Part shown: positions 24,999 through 39,890 of the stretch, in pieces | How positions within the stretch are numbered: the stretch's first letter is position 1 | Layout: the number at the start of each line of letters is the position of its first letter | DNA from: Octopus vulgaris | Lineage: Eukaryota | DNA length: 64,000 nt | Assembly: GCA_951406725.2 (NCBI GenBank) | Contig: OX597823.1 | Location: 62,310,001 to 62,374,000 of the forward strand | Reading direction: 5' to 3' | Made by a program: the position numbers and the translations under genes | The notes under the pieces: generated by a model | What the model was told of the DNA's origin: nothing | The model's database searches: none | Seen by the model: only the letters and a program-made list of their open reading frames with translations

Positions 24999-26624
24999 AC
25001 AGAAGTGACCTAAAACGACATGTATGGTCCGTTGCAATTTGCATAAATACCTGAGTAATAATGACTGTAGCAGATCACAAGGTAAAAACCAATTGAAGAG
25101 GACAAGTGCAGAAAAAAGAAAAGGAGTAGCTGTAAATAAAGCAGAATAGCAACAATAGAAGAACCTTGAATTTCAAACGACCAGGAGAAAGAATATGGTT
25201 GTTGCTTGTGCTGTTGATGCTGTCACTAGCACAACATTTTTATTTACCCCTTCGAGGACATCTAGTGCAGAAACAGAAATACAAGAAAAAAAAACATCAA
25301 TACCAACAGTTCAAAGAGTTAAGAGTGCGAGAAACTAAAAGGCTTTCTACCACCCTCTATAGCACAATGCCAGCCAAGGAGAAAAATGAAAACCATGAAG
25401 GGCAGCATAAAATCAAACAGCCCATTGAAATGAGTTTATCCACCCTTAGAGCCTGGATTTCACGGTTTTCAAAGGAATAAACAGGACCTGCTACTGCTGG
25501 AAAACCTAAAAGAGTACCAAAAAAATATTGTATTGACTAGTTAGTAGATAATGAAAACACTAAAATCCTTATTGGTGAAAACCGCATAAAAAATTAATTA
25601 ACAACTAATGGAGAACTCCCCAAATTTTAAGGCCTTGTGCCTTACAGTAGGAAGGATTATTATTTCGAAGGTGCCGAGTTGGCAGAATCTTTAGGGCGTC
25701 GGACATTTCGTCCGTCTTTACGTTCTGCGTTCAAATTCTGCCGAGGTCGACTTTAGCTTTTATCCTGTTTTTTTTTTTGGGGGGGGGGAGGTCAATGAAA
25801 TAAGTACCAGTTGCATACTGGGGTCGATGAAATTAACTCGTCCCTCCCCAAAATTTCAGGCTGCGTGTCTATAGTAAAAAGGAACATCATCATCATCATT
25901 ATCATCATTATCACCACCACTATCATCAACTTGTTATTGAAAAAGTAGGAAGTATGGCGACAGAGTTTTGAGCGGAAACACGAAATATGATTAACTAAGC
26001 ATATCCTAATTTTTGACATAATAGCGGTGGGCATATTTTTTTAAATTTTATCTAATTTATTTATTTATTTGCAGACTGAGCAAAACCGTTATGACTGTTC
26101 ATAGCATAAAGCAGTATGGCCGTTATGAATATTCAATCGATACAGGTCATCATATTTTATCTTTTACTTATCTGTTACAGATAAGTGTTTAGACGAACAA
26201 ATCAACTCCAGTACTTATTTATTTCTTTTAAAGCCTAGCACTTATTTTATCAATTTATTTTGCCCAACTGCTAAGTTACGTCGACGTCAACAAACCGACA
26301 TTGGTTGTCAAGCGGTGATGGAAGACAAACACAGACACAAAGACACACACATATCACAAAGATACATGCACCTCCATCTCCACCCACTCACACACACACA
26401 CACTCTCACGCACACACGCATATATACAACGAGCTTCTTTCAGTTTCCGTTTATCAAATCCACTCACAAGCTTTTGGTCGGTCAGAAAACACTAGCCCAA
26501 GAGGCCATGCAATGAGACTGTGATGATACGCCATAGTATTTTCATGTTAAAATTTTATAAAATCATAACATAGAAGTTAAAACGTAGCAATATATGCCCA
26601 TGATTATAACAAAAATGAAAACTA

Positions 26625-27027
26625 CAGTGGTAAGAAGCTTGGTTCCCAACCACATGATTCCGGGTTCAGTCCCGCTACGTGGCACCTTGGGAAAGTGTCT
26701 TCTACTGTAGCCTCGGGCTGACCAAAACCTTGTGAGTGGATTTGATTGACGGAAACTGAAAGAAGCCCGTTGTATGTGTGTGTGTGTGTGAGTGTGTGTG
26801 TGTGTGAGTGTGTGTGTGTGTTAGTCTGTCTGTGTGTGTTTGTCCCCTCTACCATCGCTTGACAACCGATGCTGGTGTGTTTGCGTACCCGTTACTTAGC
26901 GGTTCGGCAAAACAGACCGATAGAATAAGCACCAGGCTTACAAAGAATAAGTCCATTGGTTGATTTCTTCGACTAAAAGGCGGTACTCCATCATGGCCAC
27001 AGTCAGATGACTGAAACAAGTTAAAGG
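26625..27027 (+). mobile_element. SINE family A
   Basis: Matches 8383-8775; opposed by - strand copies at 26160-26520 and 27365-27762. Confidence 0.85.
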
Positions 27028-27364
27028 ATATATATCACATGCGTTCAACTTGAATTGCACATAACTATCGTAACTTCCGTCAATTTTTGTATAAATTTAT
27101 GATTAAAAATAAAAGAGCCCTATAACCCATCATGTGGTTGTTAAACTGCTTGAAAGTTTTGCCTTTCATACCGAGTATTTAGGTCAAATCAAAATTTCTA
27201 AACTTCTTGGTAGTGAGCCATTTCAGAGTGAATCCTCGTAGCCACGGGAAGCAAACCTACGGTCTACACATTTCGGTTTCTGATGTTTGTTTTTACTGAG
27301 AGAGAGACAGAATCGGTGGCTTTATCAACTACAGCATTTTACTAGTATGTATTTTGAATTGTAT

Positions 27365-27762
27365 TACTCTTTTACTTGTTTCAGTCATTTGACTGCGGCC
27401 ATGCTGGAGCACCGCCTTTAGTCGAGCAAATCGACCCGGGGAATTATTCTTTTTAAGCCCAGTACTTATTCTATCGGTCTCTTTTGCCGAACCGCTAAGT
27501 CACCGGGACGTAAACACACCAGCATCGGTTGTCAGGCAATGCTAAGGGGACAAACACAGACACACAAACACACACATACATATACATATATATACATATA
27601 TACGACAGGCTTCTTTCAGTTTCCGTCTACCAAATCCACTCACAAGGCTTTGGTCGGCCCGAGGCTATAGTAGAAGACACTTGCCCAAGGTGCCACGCAG
27701 TGGGACTGAACCCGGAACCATGCGGTTGGTAAACAAGCTACTTACCACACAGCCACTCCTGC
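27365..27762 (-). mobile_element. SINE family A, full-length, little diverged
   Basis: Reverse complement of the family consensus. Confidence 0.88.
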
Positions 27763-28312
27763 ACTATTGGGAGGTTATAGGAAATGTTTCTACTCCTAAC
27801 AGTGAAAGATCAAATTTAGGATATCACAGACCTTTTAATCCAGCTCCGTACCTGCTACACCAAATATTTCGTTCGAAACACACGCACACGTATACGCACG
27901 CACACAATCGCGCGCGCGCACACACACACAAACACGAAAATGCACACCTGCTTCCAAACAAAGTAATTTTGGTTTCAAACTTTGGAGCAAGGCCAGAAAT
28001 TTTGAGGAGAGGTTAATTCGATTACATTGCCCCCAGTACTCAACTGGTACTTATTTTATCGGCCCCGAAAGGATGAAAGGCTAAGTCGACCTCAGCGGAA
28101 TTTGAACTCGAAACGTAAAGACGGACGAAATGACGCTAAGCACTATGCCCGGGCGTGCTACCATATCTGCCTGCTCGCTGCCTTGAAGCAAGGTAACATT
28201 TTTCCTATGGTTAGACATGTTTTTATCTTATGGATAACTGGAAACGAGCAGCCCCGTTTGTATGACGGTGATGTTCGTTTATAACTAGTCTGTGATGTCA
28301 AGACAATGAATT

Positions 28313-28343
<31 letters not shown>

Positions 28344-28854
28344 CGCACGCATGCACAAACACACATGCACACACACTCATACACATACATAATTGTATAC
28401 ATAAACGACCAGCTTCTTTCCGTTTCCGTTTCCGATTATTATACCCACTCAGAAAGATTTTGTTTTTTTTTTAAACTATAGTAGAAAATATTTGACCAAA
28501 GTTTCACGCAGTGGGATAGAACCAGAAAAGCACATAGTTGAGTATTGGATTTCTTACTGAATCTTATCTAAAGGAATACTTATCTCTCATCTGCTTAATG
28601 TAATAAATCTTGAGCTTTGCTACTGACCTTTAAAAAACTCTCAAGTTCATCACGTTTTCAGAATGAAGCATTTTTACACACGACTTACATGAAAAAAGGA
28701 CATAGTAATAATTCAATTAGCTATAAAACAATGCTTTTCTGTGATTAGCCAGAATGTTATAAGTGATTCAATCACCTATGTACAATTAAAACAGTATTAA
28801 TTTGCTCGTTCAATTCATGTTACTAAAAAGAAAACAGAAAAAAAACTCACTTAC

Positions 28855-28995
28855 CCTAATAATTCAAATGTAATGCAAAGATGATTGCGAAAATAGAAGT
28901 ATGTTCCCATGTGAATCACGTTGTATCGATTATCTTTGTCCTTTTTTAATAAGTGTTCGAGAATTTTGACTTCCACGTGAGCTTGGTGATGAAAC
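28855..28995 (-). CDS. DYRK4: DYRK4-like exon: subdomains III-V ([16 protein letters not shown]...[12 protein letters not shown])
   Basis: aacgaaag| acceptor, TAGG|gtaagt donor, 141 nt phase 2 to 2; alphaC Glu and FELL hinge. Confidence 0.96.
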
Positions 28996-29019
28996 CTTTC
29001 GTTAAAATAAAAGTAAATT

Positions 29020-29078
<59 letters not shown>

Positions 29079-29079
29079 T

Positions 29080-29712
29080 AATTCTTTTATTGGCCACAAG
29101 GGCTGACAAAAATTAATTATAACATAAAAGGGACAAAACAAGACGAAAGGTTACAAGGGGTTTTGTCCGTTTGTAAAATCGAGTAAAAAACAGTTTAACA
29201 ACGAAATATTATAACAATGAAAATCTTCCAAAAAGGGGGGAGGCGTTACGAAAGGTTCCTGGTTGAAAAAACCCATAAAAGCCAACGGGAGCCTGGTAGA
29301 GAGCCCATTTCTCCTTTTATATTACCTTTTTAAATCATAGATGTAACTTCAGAATGGCTCCTTTCTGACTGGCCATTCTTGCGACATTTATCCACCTTTT
29401 ATTGAACTTGCTATCGGACAGCACTTCCCTCTCTACTCTCATCTTCCTTTTCAAGTGAAACTTGAAAAAGTTGATGAGGCCTTGGTCAAAGAGGAAAGTG
29501 TCTGACCTTAGCCCTTTCAAACAGGTCCACCATACCACCACTTTCGCTACAGCCACTAGGCAAAGGAAAACTGCCTGGCCCTCCCGGTTAAAGGAGGTCG
29601 GCGGGGCAATCTTCACTATGGATTCAGCTGATAGCGGATCGGTCCCATACGCGACAGTAGCTGTTCGACATAAACCCATAGTTCAGCAATACTCGGACAC
29701 TGGACGAGCGCG

Positions 29713-29715
<3 letters not shown>
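29080..29715 (-). mobile_element. L1/Tx1-like LINE ORF2 C-terminus + 3' UTR, inserted in (TAA)n
   Basis: YALVQCPSIAELWVYVEQLL...VAKVVVWWT...KFNKRW; ends ...AATAAAAGAA; related tail at 62280-62645 inside (GATA)n. Confidence 0.65.
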
Positions 29716-29769
<54 letters not shown>

Positions 29770-29974
29770 GTTTCAAATTTTTGGCACAAGGCCAGTATTT
29801 TGGGGTAGAGTGTAAGTCGATTACATCGACTCCTGTACTCAACTGGTACTTATTTTATCGACCGCGAAAGTCGACCTCGGAAGAATTTAAACTCAGAATG
29901 TAAAGACAGACGAAATGCTGCTAAGTATTTTTCCCGACTTGGTAACGGTTCTGCAAGCTCGCCACCTTCATAAT

Positions 29975-30928
29975 AATTGCCAGGACTGTATCCAAGCAGA
30001 GGAAAACAGCCTAGGGTGGAATATAAAAAATGCCGTGGAGTCACTGTTGAAACGCACGAAGGAGGCCAGCGTCATCAAAACTGAAAGTTGTGTAACTAAA
30101 GAAAAATTTAAACAAGAAATGAACAAAACAAAGGAAAAAGCATGGAAGTAAAAGAAAATGTAAGGTCAGTTTGCAAGAGGTGTGGACGCCAAGACAGATG
30201 CAGAGGACCGGTGGCTATGGATGAGGAGGAGTGACCTGAAGATAGAGACAGAAACACTCATATGCGCAGCTCAAGAACAAGCGTTAAGGACTAATTATAT
30301 GAAGTGCAGAATAGACAATACTACCGATAGCGACAAATGCAGAATGTGTGGCGTGAGGGATGAAACGGTATGGCACATCGTTAGCGAATGTCCGAAATTG
30401 GCACAACATCAATGCAAAAGACGCCATGACAATGTGGCAAGAATGATCCATTGGGAACTCTGTGGAAATCACGGCCTATAAAGAGCAAAGACATGGTATC
30501 ACCAAACACCAGAAGGAGACAACGAAAATGAGATATCGTTGTGGTGAATAAAAAAGAAACAACATGCATGATAATCGACATAGCATGCCCCGATGACAAC
30601 AAGATCAATGTAAAATAAAAAAAAAAAAATAAACAACTATGACGATTTAAAGTGAGAAATACGCAGGTTGTAGTCAATGAAGAGAGTAGACGTGATACCA
30701 ATAGTAATTGAGGCATTTGGAAGTGTCAGCACTCAACTACCAACATGGCTGAAAAAGATCGGTGCAAGTGTGAAAATAGAACACCTACAAAATTTAGCAT
30801 TGCTTGGAACTGCAAGAATTCTTCGCCGGGTTCTTGAAGTTTGACCAGTAAACAAGTGTCACGTTAGTCTGTTGGCTGTGAACAGCTGACACCTTCCGTT
30901 ATACTCAGCAAAATAAGCTGTGTGTTTT
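29975..30928 (+). mobile_element. R4/Dong-like LINE 3' fragment (CCHC knuckle + RLE), ending in (TAA)n
   Basis: ICAAQEQALRTNY...CRMC...ETVWHIVSECP...KRRHDNVA; IIDIACPDD; stops and frameshifts. Confidence 0.85.
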
Positions 30929-30941
30929 AATAATAATGATG

Positions 30942-30999
<58 letters not shown>

Positions 31000-31003
<4 letters not shown>

Positions 31004-31318
31004 TCTCAAAATACAAAGACCTGGAAATAGAGGTAACTAGAATGTGGAATCTGAAAACAGAAACAATTCCTATCATAGTAGGTGCATTAGGCATGATAAA
31101 AAAATATTCAGACAAATACATAACAAAAACACCAGGACTTACAAACACATATAACATACAGAAAATTGCACTACTAGGCACTGCACACATCCTACGCAGA
31201 ACACTTTCCATACAATAACCATCAGAGCATCACAACAAATCACAGCACATACCCAAGGCACACAGAGCTGCGCTCGGTAGTGAAGTGAAAGCACGCTATA
31301 AAAATAAAACTACTGAAT
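31000..31318 (+). mobile_element. Second R4/Dong-like family, 5'-truncated 3' end between (TAA)n tracts
   Basis: LSKYKDLEIEVTRMW...IPIIVGALG...IQKIALLGTAHILRRTL*; a further related 3' UTR-like piece at 31340-31497. Confidence 0.8.
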
Positions 31319-31493
31319 AATAATAATAATAATATTTTTTTTAGACATTCACTAGTACAACACCAAAAAAACCCCCCAAATATATGGCACACTAGGCATA
31401 ACAACAACATGAACTTCCAACCTGTTGTCTCTTGAGGTCTCTGGGTGAGACTTGGAGTCAACTTGTACAAATATAAAGCAAAAGTCAAACATA

Positions 31494-31556
<63 letters not shown>

Positions 31557-34500
31557 TAATAATAATAGTTTCAAATTATGCCACAAGGGCAGCCATTTTG
31601 GGGGAGAAGATGAGTCAATCGACCCCAGTGTTTCACTGGTACTTAATTTATCGACACAACATCATATACTGAAATTTCTCATTTTTGGAGCCATTAAAGT
31701 CTGTTAGCAGTCTATAATAAAACAATATGTTTCTGAAGCGATCCAGTGATACATATTTAGAGATATGTATGAAGCACCTGACCATTAGTATAAATCGTTA
31801 TTAATATTCCTTTTACTAATTCTGGTGTCAGATCATTCATACAAAGCATTCAATTGTTAAGAGCTTAAATTTAGTTACAAGGAGAGATATATGCGATTAA
31901 AACCGCTGCCAGTACTTGACAGCTATTTTATTTTATTAATCATGAAAAAAACGATAGACAATGTTGATATTGATGTGATTCGAAATTCGGAAGCATGAAT
32001 TGTTACTGAATACCAGTGGGTATTTTTTCTGATGCTCAACTAATTGTATCACTCAATTTTCCTGACTTCTAAAGTATATTGGAAATAAGTCTAAATATTA
32101 AATCTTCTTCAATTATTTAATTTCTACAAGAACGTACCGATTATAAAATTTGAAAATTTCACATGTACACAAAATTTTCATCGCAAGATAGTGGCTTTTT
32201 GAATTTCAAATTTTAACGCCAAGAAGTGAAAAACAACAAAGAAAAGCAGATTACAAAATTACAGACATAAATGTGAGGGTGAAGAGAGAGTTACCTTGTT
32301 CTAAAACCATTTTGAGAGGGGAAATTCTTACTAATATATCATTATAGTACTTTGAAACATATCTGAATGCAAATTCGTTTGAAGAGGGGCTAAAATGTTT
32401 CTACTACATTTGCCTTAGCAAGAAGTAGATTCTATGAAAAGATAAGTAAAACATATTTCACTGTTCCACACAAATAGGAAAAGAAAATGAAACATCATCT
32501 GATTCAATCCCCTATGTTATCATCATGAGAATATTTTTCAGTCTTTTACAATTCTTTCTACTATGCTTTTCTACAATAGCCACAAAGCTTGAAAATCTTG
32601 GTGAGGGATGAGTCGATTACATCGATCCCAGTGCTTGACTGGTGCTTACATTATCGAATCCGAAATGATGAAAAGCAAAGTTGACCTCGGTGGAATTTGA
32701 ATTCAGAAGGCAAAGACGAATGAAATGCCGCTAAGCATTTTCCTTCAGTTACAAATTTCTTAAGTGCTGTGAAATTTTTACCAGAAGTTGTAAACAATTT
32801 TAATCTCTACGCTTTAGGCAGAGGAGATCAATATTATTGCTGGTGTGAAGATTTCTTGTAGAAGTTGATAGTTTTCGGGTTTAAAAGATTGATGACCCGA
32901 ATCTCGTCTAATGTCTAATCAAGATTCTCAAATGTACTTGTACAGATTACATACTGTATGCAGAGAGTGCTGAGGAACATTATTCCCTGGTTAAGCATTC
33001 TTTGTAATATGTTCCATCATAAAATATTTTTCCATCAGTCCTTGGGTTCATACAGCATTCTTCATCAGATATCTGAGAAAATGTGACCGCAGACAGTGTT
33101 ATTGCCAGGCTGTTTTGTGAGTTTTCTCTCGCTTTACAAATCTGGTAGGAATATTTATCCCATATATGTGTATGCATTTATGTATGTACGTAGGTATGCA
33201 TGTACACAACACGTGATTACGGGATCGACGAGACTAGAAGATGTTGTTATACATCGCTGGTCACAGTGCATTTGTATCGTTTTAGCTTTCGAACGATATC
33301 ACCCCGCTGGGTAGGCGAGCAGGTCAACATTTTCCTTGACTGAAAGGTTCGTCTGTCGCATGGTTAGCCATTTACAGCCGAGTGGACTGGAGCAACGTGA
33401 AATGAAGCGTTTGTTCAAAAACACAACACGCAGCCGGTTTGGGAATCGAAACCACGATCTCACGATCATAAATGCAACATGCATAACCACTAGGCCACGC
33501 ACCTTGTCATATGTACACACATATGCACATACATGTATACATATGCATGCCATTGCCAGGTTGGAATTTATATACATGTGTACATATGCACATATACATA
33601 TATATGTGTACGTACGCATATATATGCATGTATACATATATGTATGTCTACCTACGAGTATGTATATATTTATAGGTCAAATATAAATTATGAATTAAAT
33701 ATTTTTATTCGCTCTCGGACTTATCTCTGGGTACTTCATTCTAAGGAGCCGGATATAGCTTTGTTTTTGAACGTGTCACCCTCTGGAATATTTATACGTC
33801 TATATATGTGTATATAAACACATAACAGGTAATATTTCTAGAATATTTTACTAATTTATCCAATTCCATTACTAATTTGTAATTATAATTTCTTAATTAG
33901 AATTGTACTTTAAACTTTTGTGAAAACCAGTTTCTCAGAATTGGTGCTGAGACTGTTTAATACAAAACCTGATAATCGCATGTATAAAGTGCCCTGATAA
34001 TCACATGTATAAATCTAAAATGTATGTATGTATGTATGCATGCATGCATGTCTGTATGGTACAAAAACCACACGCACGGGCAGTACTGACATTTTGCATG
34101 GACAATGGTCAGTGATGGTCTTCCTCGGTCAGGAATGGACTCCCAGCCACATGGTTCCACGTTTAGTCCCACTGCACGACATTTTGAGAAAGTGTCTTCC
34201 ATCATAGCCTCGGGCAGACCAAAGCCTTGTAAGTGGATTTGGTAGACGTAAACCGAAATCCGATCGTACACACACACACACACAAACATGTGTGTGCTTT
34301 TGTGTGTGCGTATGTGTATGTGTCTCTGTCAAACCACCACCACATGGCAACCGGTGTTAGTTCGTTTACGTACCCCGTAATTTAGCGGTTCGGCAAAAGA
34401 GACCGATAGATTAAGTGCCAAGCTTAACAAAACATAAGTACTGAGGTCAATTCGTTCGTCTACAAAAAAGAAAAAAAAAATCTTCAAGGCGGTGCTTCAG

Positions 34501-34576
34501 CATGGCCGCAGTCTAGTGACTGAAACAAGTAAAAGACAAACGATAAAATATGTGTACGTACGTGTAGGTATGTATG

Positions 34577-34645
<69 letters not shown>

Positions 34646-34927
34646 TATGTACGTATGTACGTGTGTGAGCACAGACAGTTGTATCCTTTGTCGTTTTCAG
34701 TCAAAAGAGTAAACTGAAGAAGGATTTGTATGAGACTGTCTGTCTTGTCTTCTTGAGACCACTTATCTATTGAGACAGACACCTTGCAGTGTCTTCATGA
34801 ATTTATCTCATCTTATCTTGGACAAATTGTCTGAGAAAGATAAAACACACTATCACTTATAGATCCTCTCTCAATTTCTTCTTTTGACCAAGAAAGACTT
34901 ACAAAAGGTACAACTGTCTCTCTCTTC

Positions 34928-34980
<53 letters not shown>

Positions 34981-35170
34981 CACGTATATAAATACATATA
35001 CACACACGCATATAATGCAAACATGGTTGTGTGGTAACAAACTTCCTTCCCAACCTCATGGTTTCGGGTTCAGTCAAGTGCGTGACACTTTGGGTGTCTT
35101 CTACTATAGCTCTGGGCCAACCAAAAGCACTTGTGATATTTTTTAGACGGAAACTCTGCGGTAGCCCGTC

Positions 35171-35263
<93 letters not shown>

Positions 35264-35489
35264 TGTTAGTGTTTGTCCCTGACAACCGCCAGACAATTGG
35301 TGTTTGTTTAAATCTTCGTAACCTGGCAGTTCGGCAATAGGGGACTGATAGAATAAGTAGCAGGCTGAAAAGTAACCTCTAACTCAACTAACCTTTATAT
35401 ATATATAATATATTAATAAATAAAACATATGCATATATATATATACATATATGTACGTACCTACCTCTACATGTATATATATACACGCA

Positions 35490-35835
35490 TATATGGGTAC
35501 AGGACACCAAAAAAACGTCGAACACAATGAGAAAAGAAAACATAAACACAAAACCAAGGAACTGGACATTTTTCTTAAACAACAAAAAAATAGAGTACAG
35601 GACAAATAACACAAGGAAAATTCCCCTTCTTCAGTCGCCATGGTTTCATCTACTCTGCGTTTCGAAGGTGAAGGCGATACGCATCTTCGATAGAAACTTC
35701 CCTTCCTGCGAAAAGCAAATCAAATAAAATTTGAGATCTTTTTGCAGAGGGGTAAAAATGGTAACAAAAACAGGACAGTAACGACAGTACAAAATGTAAA
35801 CAGTAAAACACAGGACAAGGAGAATAACAAGACAA
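35490..35835 (-). mobile_element. pLTR-like short element with degenerate hammerhead-like cores
   Basis: On - strand CTATCGAAG...CTTCGAAACGC and CTGAAGAAGGGGAA..TTCC, then a T-rich tail into a TA-rich tract. Confidence 0.4.
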
Positions 35836-36579
35836 GAAGGGCTGTTAAGCCGACACACTAGCTTAAAAGCCGCATTCTGTCCGGACTTTTAAGACAGCTC
35901 TTGCGGAGGGTTAATTGGGCCTCTGGCCCAAAATTATAGGGGGCAATGATAATGAAGCATTTATTGGCACCCGAGCAATATGGTACTATTTTAGATGCAG
36001 TTTACATGAAAAACTTTGTAAGTTCACAAATTTTGGGAGTTCTTTTGAAGTTTCAATAGAAGATATATACATGTATGTGTGTGTGCGCGCGTGTGTGTGT
36101 GCGTGTGTGTGTCTGTTGTGTGTTGTGACTTTGTGTCTGTGTTTGTTCCCCTCCACCGTTTGATAATCGCAACTGAGCGATACGGTAAAAGAGCCCAATA
36201 AAAAGTACCAGGCATGAAAAAGAAAGAACCAGTGTCGATTTGTTCCATTAAAATTCTTCAAGGCGGTGCCTCAGCATGGCCACAGTCTGATGACTGAAAA
36301 AGATAAAAGAACCGGTAAATTCCTTTGTAAAACTTTAAGCTTCGGGAGGTAACTCTTGCACTATGGCATCGAAACCTCTCACGGTCGCTTTACCTGCTGG
36401 AAGTAGCAACTTAAATGCATTTAAATCAGATCCCAATGTTGGCCGTTCAAGAACCAAATGAAGGGCAGATCTTCAATCCTAGGATCATCCTGATTCTCAA
36501 AAAGTATATGTTTATATAAAGCAAATGTAGACTGAGATACAAATGTCCAAGCGGACAGACAGAATTCTCCTTGTTTTAA

Positions 36580-36723
36580 TAGTAGCTTGCTTACGAACCA
36601 CATGGTTCCGGGTTCAGTCCCACTGCGTAGCACCTTGGGCAAGCGTCCTCTACTATAGCCTCGGACCGTCTAAAGCCTTGTGAGTGAATTTGGTAGACAG
36701 AAACTGAAAGAAGCCTATCGTAC

Positions 36724-36773
<50 letters not shown>

Positions 36774-37002
36774 GTGTGTGTGTGTGTGTGTATGTATGTA
36801 TATATGTGTGTCTGTGTTTGTCTCCTCAACATTGCTTGACAACCGATGCTGGTGTGCTTACGTCCCCGTAACTTAGCAGTTCGGCAAAAGAGACCGATAG
36901 AATAAGTACTAGGCTTACAAAGAACACGTCCAGGGGTCGATTTGCTCGACTAAAGGCGGTGCTCCAGCATGGTCGCAGTCAAATGACTGAAACAAGTAAA
37001 AG
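36580..37002 (+). mobile_element. SINE family A
   Basis: Matches consensus; further copies at 34140-34540, 35022-35370, 36120-36310. Confidence 0.85.
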
Positions 37003-37472
37003 ATTTTATATATATATATATATACATACATACATACATACATACATACATACATACATACATACATACATACATACAGGCCAAACGTGTATTAAATAAG
37101 GCTAAGGACGTGCCTGGCTGCCGGAACAGATTAACACATGTTATTATCAAGAATGTGCTATTTTTCTTGTTCTCTACGTTTCGAGTTCAAATCTCGCAGA
37201 AATCAATCTCTGCCTTCCGTCTGGGATCGATAAAATAAAGTGTAACAATGGTATCGACAAAACATTTCCCTTGAAAGCACCTGACCTTGTATCTAAATAA
37301 GAAACCATGAATTATTGGCATAACTAGCAAGCAATGTCCAGGCCCACCCATGTCAACTTTAATTTTCCTCTCGAGAGAGTCGATAAAACAAAGTATCAAT
37401 AAAGTGCTGAAGTCGATATAATCAACTAAGCCCCATACGTCAAAATTTGGCTTTGTGCCAAAATTAATAAGA

Positions 37473-37520
<48 letters not shown>

Positions 37521-37744
37521 GAGTATGAGTGCAATGCATGCTATCAAAGTGAAACTGAGGTACAAATATACGAAGCCCAATATACCCATCATGACTACCC
37601 GTCTGATAAGGGTACACCAGACATGCATTACAATCACATGTGCGCGACATGTTGATCTCATATCAAGAATAACATTAATTTGTATTTTAAAATCATGCAG
37701 CAAAAGATTTTACTGATGTTTTACTTTGTAAATTTTTATGGATA

Positions 37745-37990
37745 GACAGGCGACGATTTTCGCGGATCACAACGCACACCATCACAATGTGATTGTCGTC
37801 ATTGGAAGATCGTCTAGATTTGGGGTCGCTTTCGATTTAAAACGTTGGAGCGTTTCACGGCATTATGTTATGGCTGAAACAATCTTCCCCATAGTCCTGT
37901 TGCGATATTAGAAAGTCTCCGTGAATGTTTTTCCCAGTTTGAAACAGAATTTCTAACAAACAAGTTATTCTTCCAGATCCTTCGCTTTCG
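37745..37990 (-). pseudogene. mariner transposase N-terminal HTH relic
   Basis: KFCFKLGKTFTETF...QRFKS on - strand, disrupted. Confidence 0.6.
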
Positions 37991-38764
37991 ACTGTTGACT
38001 AAATCGTTAAGAGCACTAAACGTACGTTCACTCAACGCGTGTAAAGGTGACTAACTGACATAGCATGGTGTAGCTGTTATTTAGATTGAACACCATCCAT
38101 ATGCAGAATTTATGTTGCGGCACGCTGTGTTGACTGGTTTACATGCTGTTTTAAAAAGCCCGTTTCCTGGTGGTATGGGGTGCACAGATCTCGGATAGAC
38201 AAAATCAAACTAGGAGTCATATACTGTAACTTTGAAAGGTCGTCAAAAATTTCTCTTATGTTCTTATATTTTCATTAAAAAAAAAATAATAGTAGAATTC
38301 AGCTAAAATGCGTTGGACCAAAGCAACCAAGAATGAGACGTAACGTATGGCAGGGGATTCACGACTGAAACTTTTGGTGGTAACGAGAAGAGGCAGTGAT
38401 GGTACAGCCAGAAATTTCATGTGAACCCTTTGATCTGTAAGAATGAGCTTCAACGTTACGAGCGTGGGAAAACAGTTTATAAAATGTCCTACAAAATTTA
38501 AGATAGAAATAATATGTAAAGTTTGAAAAACACATATACACGCGCATGCGCGCGCACACACACATATGTGTGTAAGTATATATATATATATATGTGTGTT
38601 TGTGTGTGTGTGTGTACATTAATGCACATATATAAATATATATGTATATGCATATGCATGTGTGTACATAAAAAATATATACATATCTGTGTGTGCGTGT
38701 GTGTGTGCGTACGTGTATGTGTGGATCAAAATTATATATCTATATACTCATGGAAATACATAAA

Positions 38765-38806
<42 letters not shown>

Positions 38807-38808
38807 CA

Positions 38809-38840
<32 letters not shown>

Positions 38841-38864
38841 CATACATACACACGAGCATGTGTG

Positions 38865-39004
<140 letters not shown>

Positions 39005-39364
39005 ATTGTTTCAGCTCCTTTCTTTTGACTCCCAGTTAACCAAGGTTACGGCGTAATTATTTGCAGACCTAAGCATGTTCCCACACGATTAATAGGTACG
39101 GAAAGGTACTTTTCATATAAATGGAGCTAAAGGTGACTCTTTAACGACTGAACGTTTATATATGCTTCTCTCTTTTGATGACTTTAGGTGATATATTAAC
39201 ATCCAATGTGGTCCTAATTTCCACAGCAGCACATGATTCCTGTTTCTTGTTTAAAGATCTATTATGCTTGCTCTTGACAGATGTTTTTTCAGAATGTGCA
39301 TATGGTGCATGTATGTATGTATGCATGTATGTATGGTATGCACGAATGTAGACGTATACACACA

Positions 39365-39428
<64 letters not shown>

Positions 39429-39444
39429 CATACACACATGTATG

Positions 39445-39469
<25 letters not shown>

Positions 39470-39475
<6 letters not shown>

Positions 39476-39612
39476 ATAGATAGAAATGTATATCTATATA
39501 TTATGTACATGTAGGTATAGGTATCTATGCATATGTATATACGTTTATATGTATATAAGTGTGTGTGTGTATTATATCAATATATAATATGTATGTATAT
39601 AGATAGATAGAA

Positions 39613-39655
<43 letters not shown>

Positions 39656-39769
39656 GTATATGTAGGTATAGGTATGTATACATATGTATATACGTTTATA
39701 TGTATATAAATGTGTGTGTGTATTATATCAATATATAATATGTATGTATATAGTTAGATAGATAGATAG

Positions 39770-39805
<36 letters not shown>

Positions 39806-39890
39806 GGTATAGGTATGTATACATATGTATATATGTATACATATGTATATAAATGTGTGTGTGTATTATATTAATATATACATATGTATG
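39470..39890. repeat. Higher-order tandem repeat: three ~130-140-bp units built from microsatellite motifs
   Basis: TGTAGGTATAGGTAT...GTGTGTGTGTATTATATCAATATA recurs at about 39510, 39661, 39802. Confidence 0.75.
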
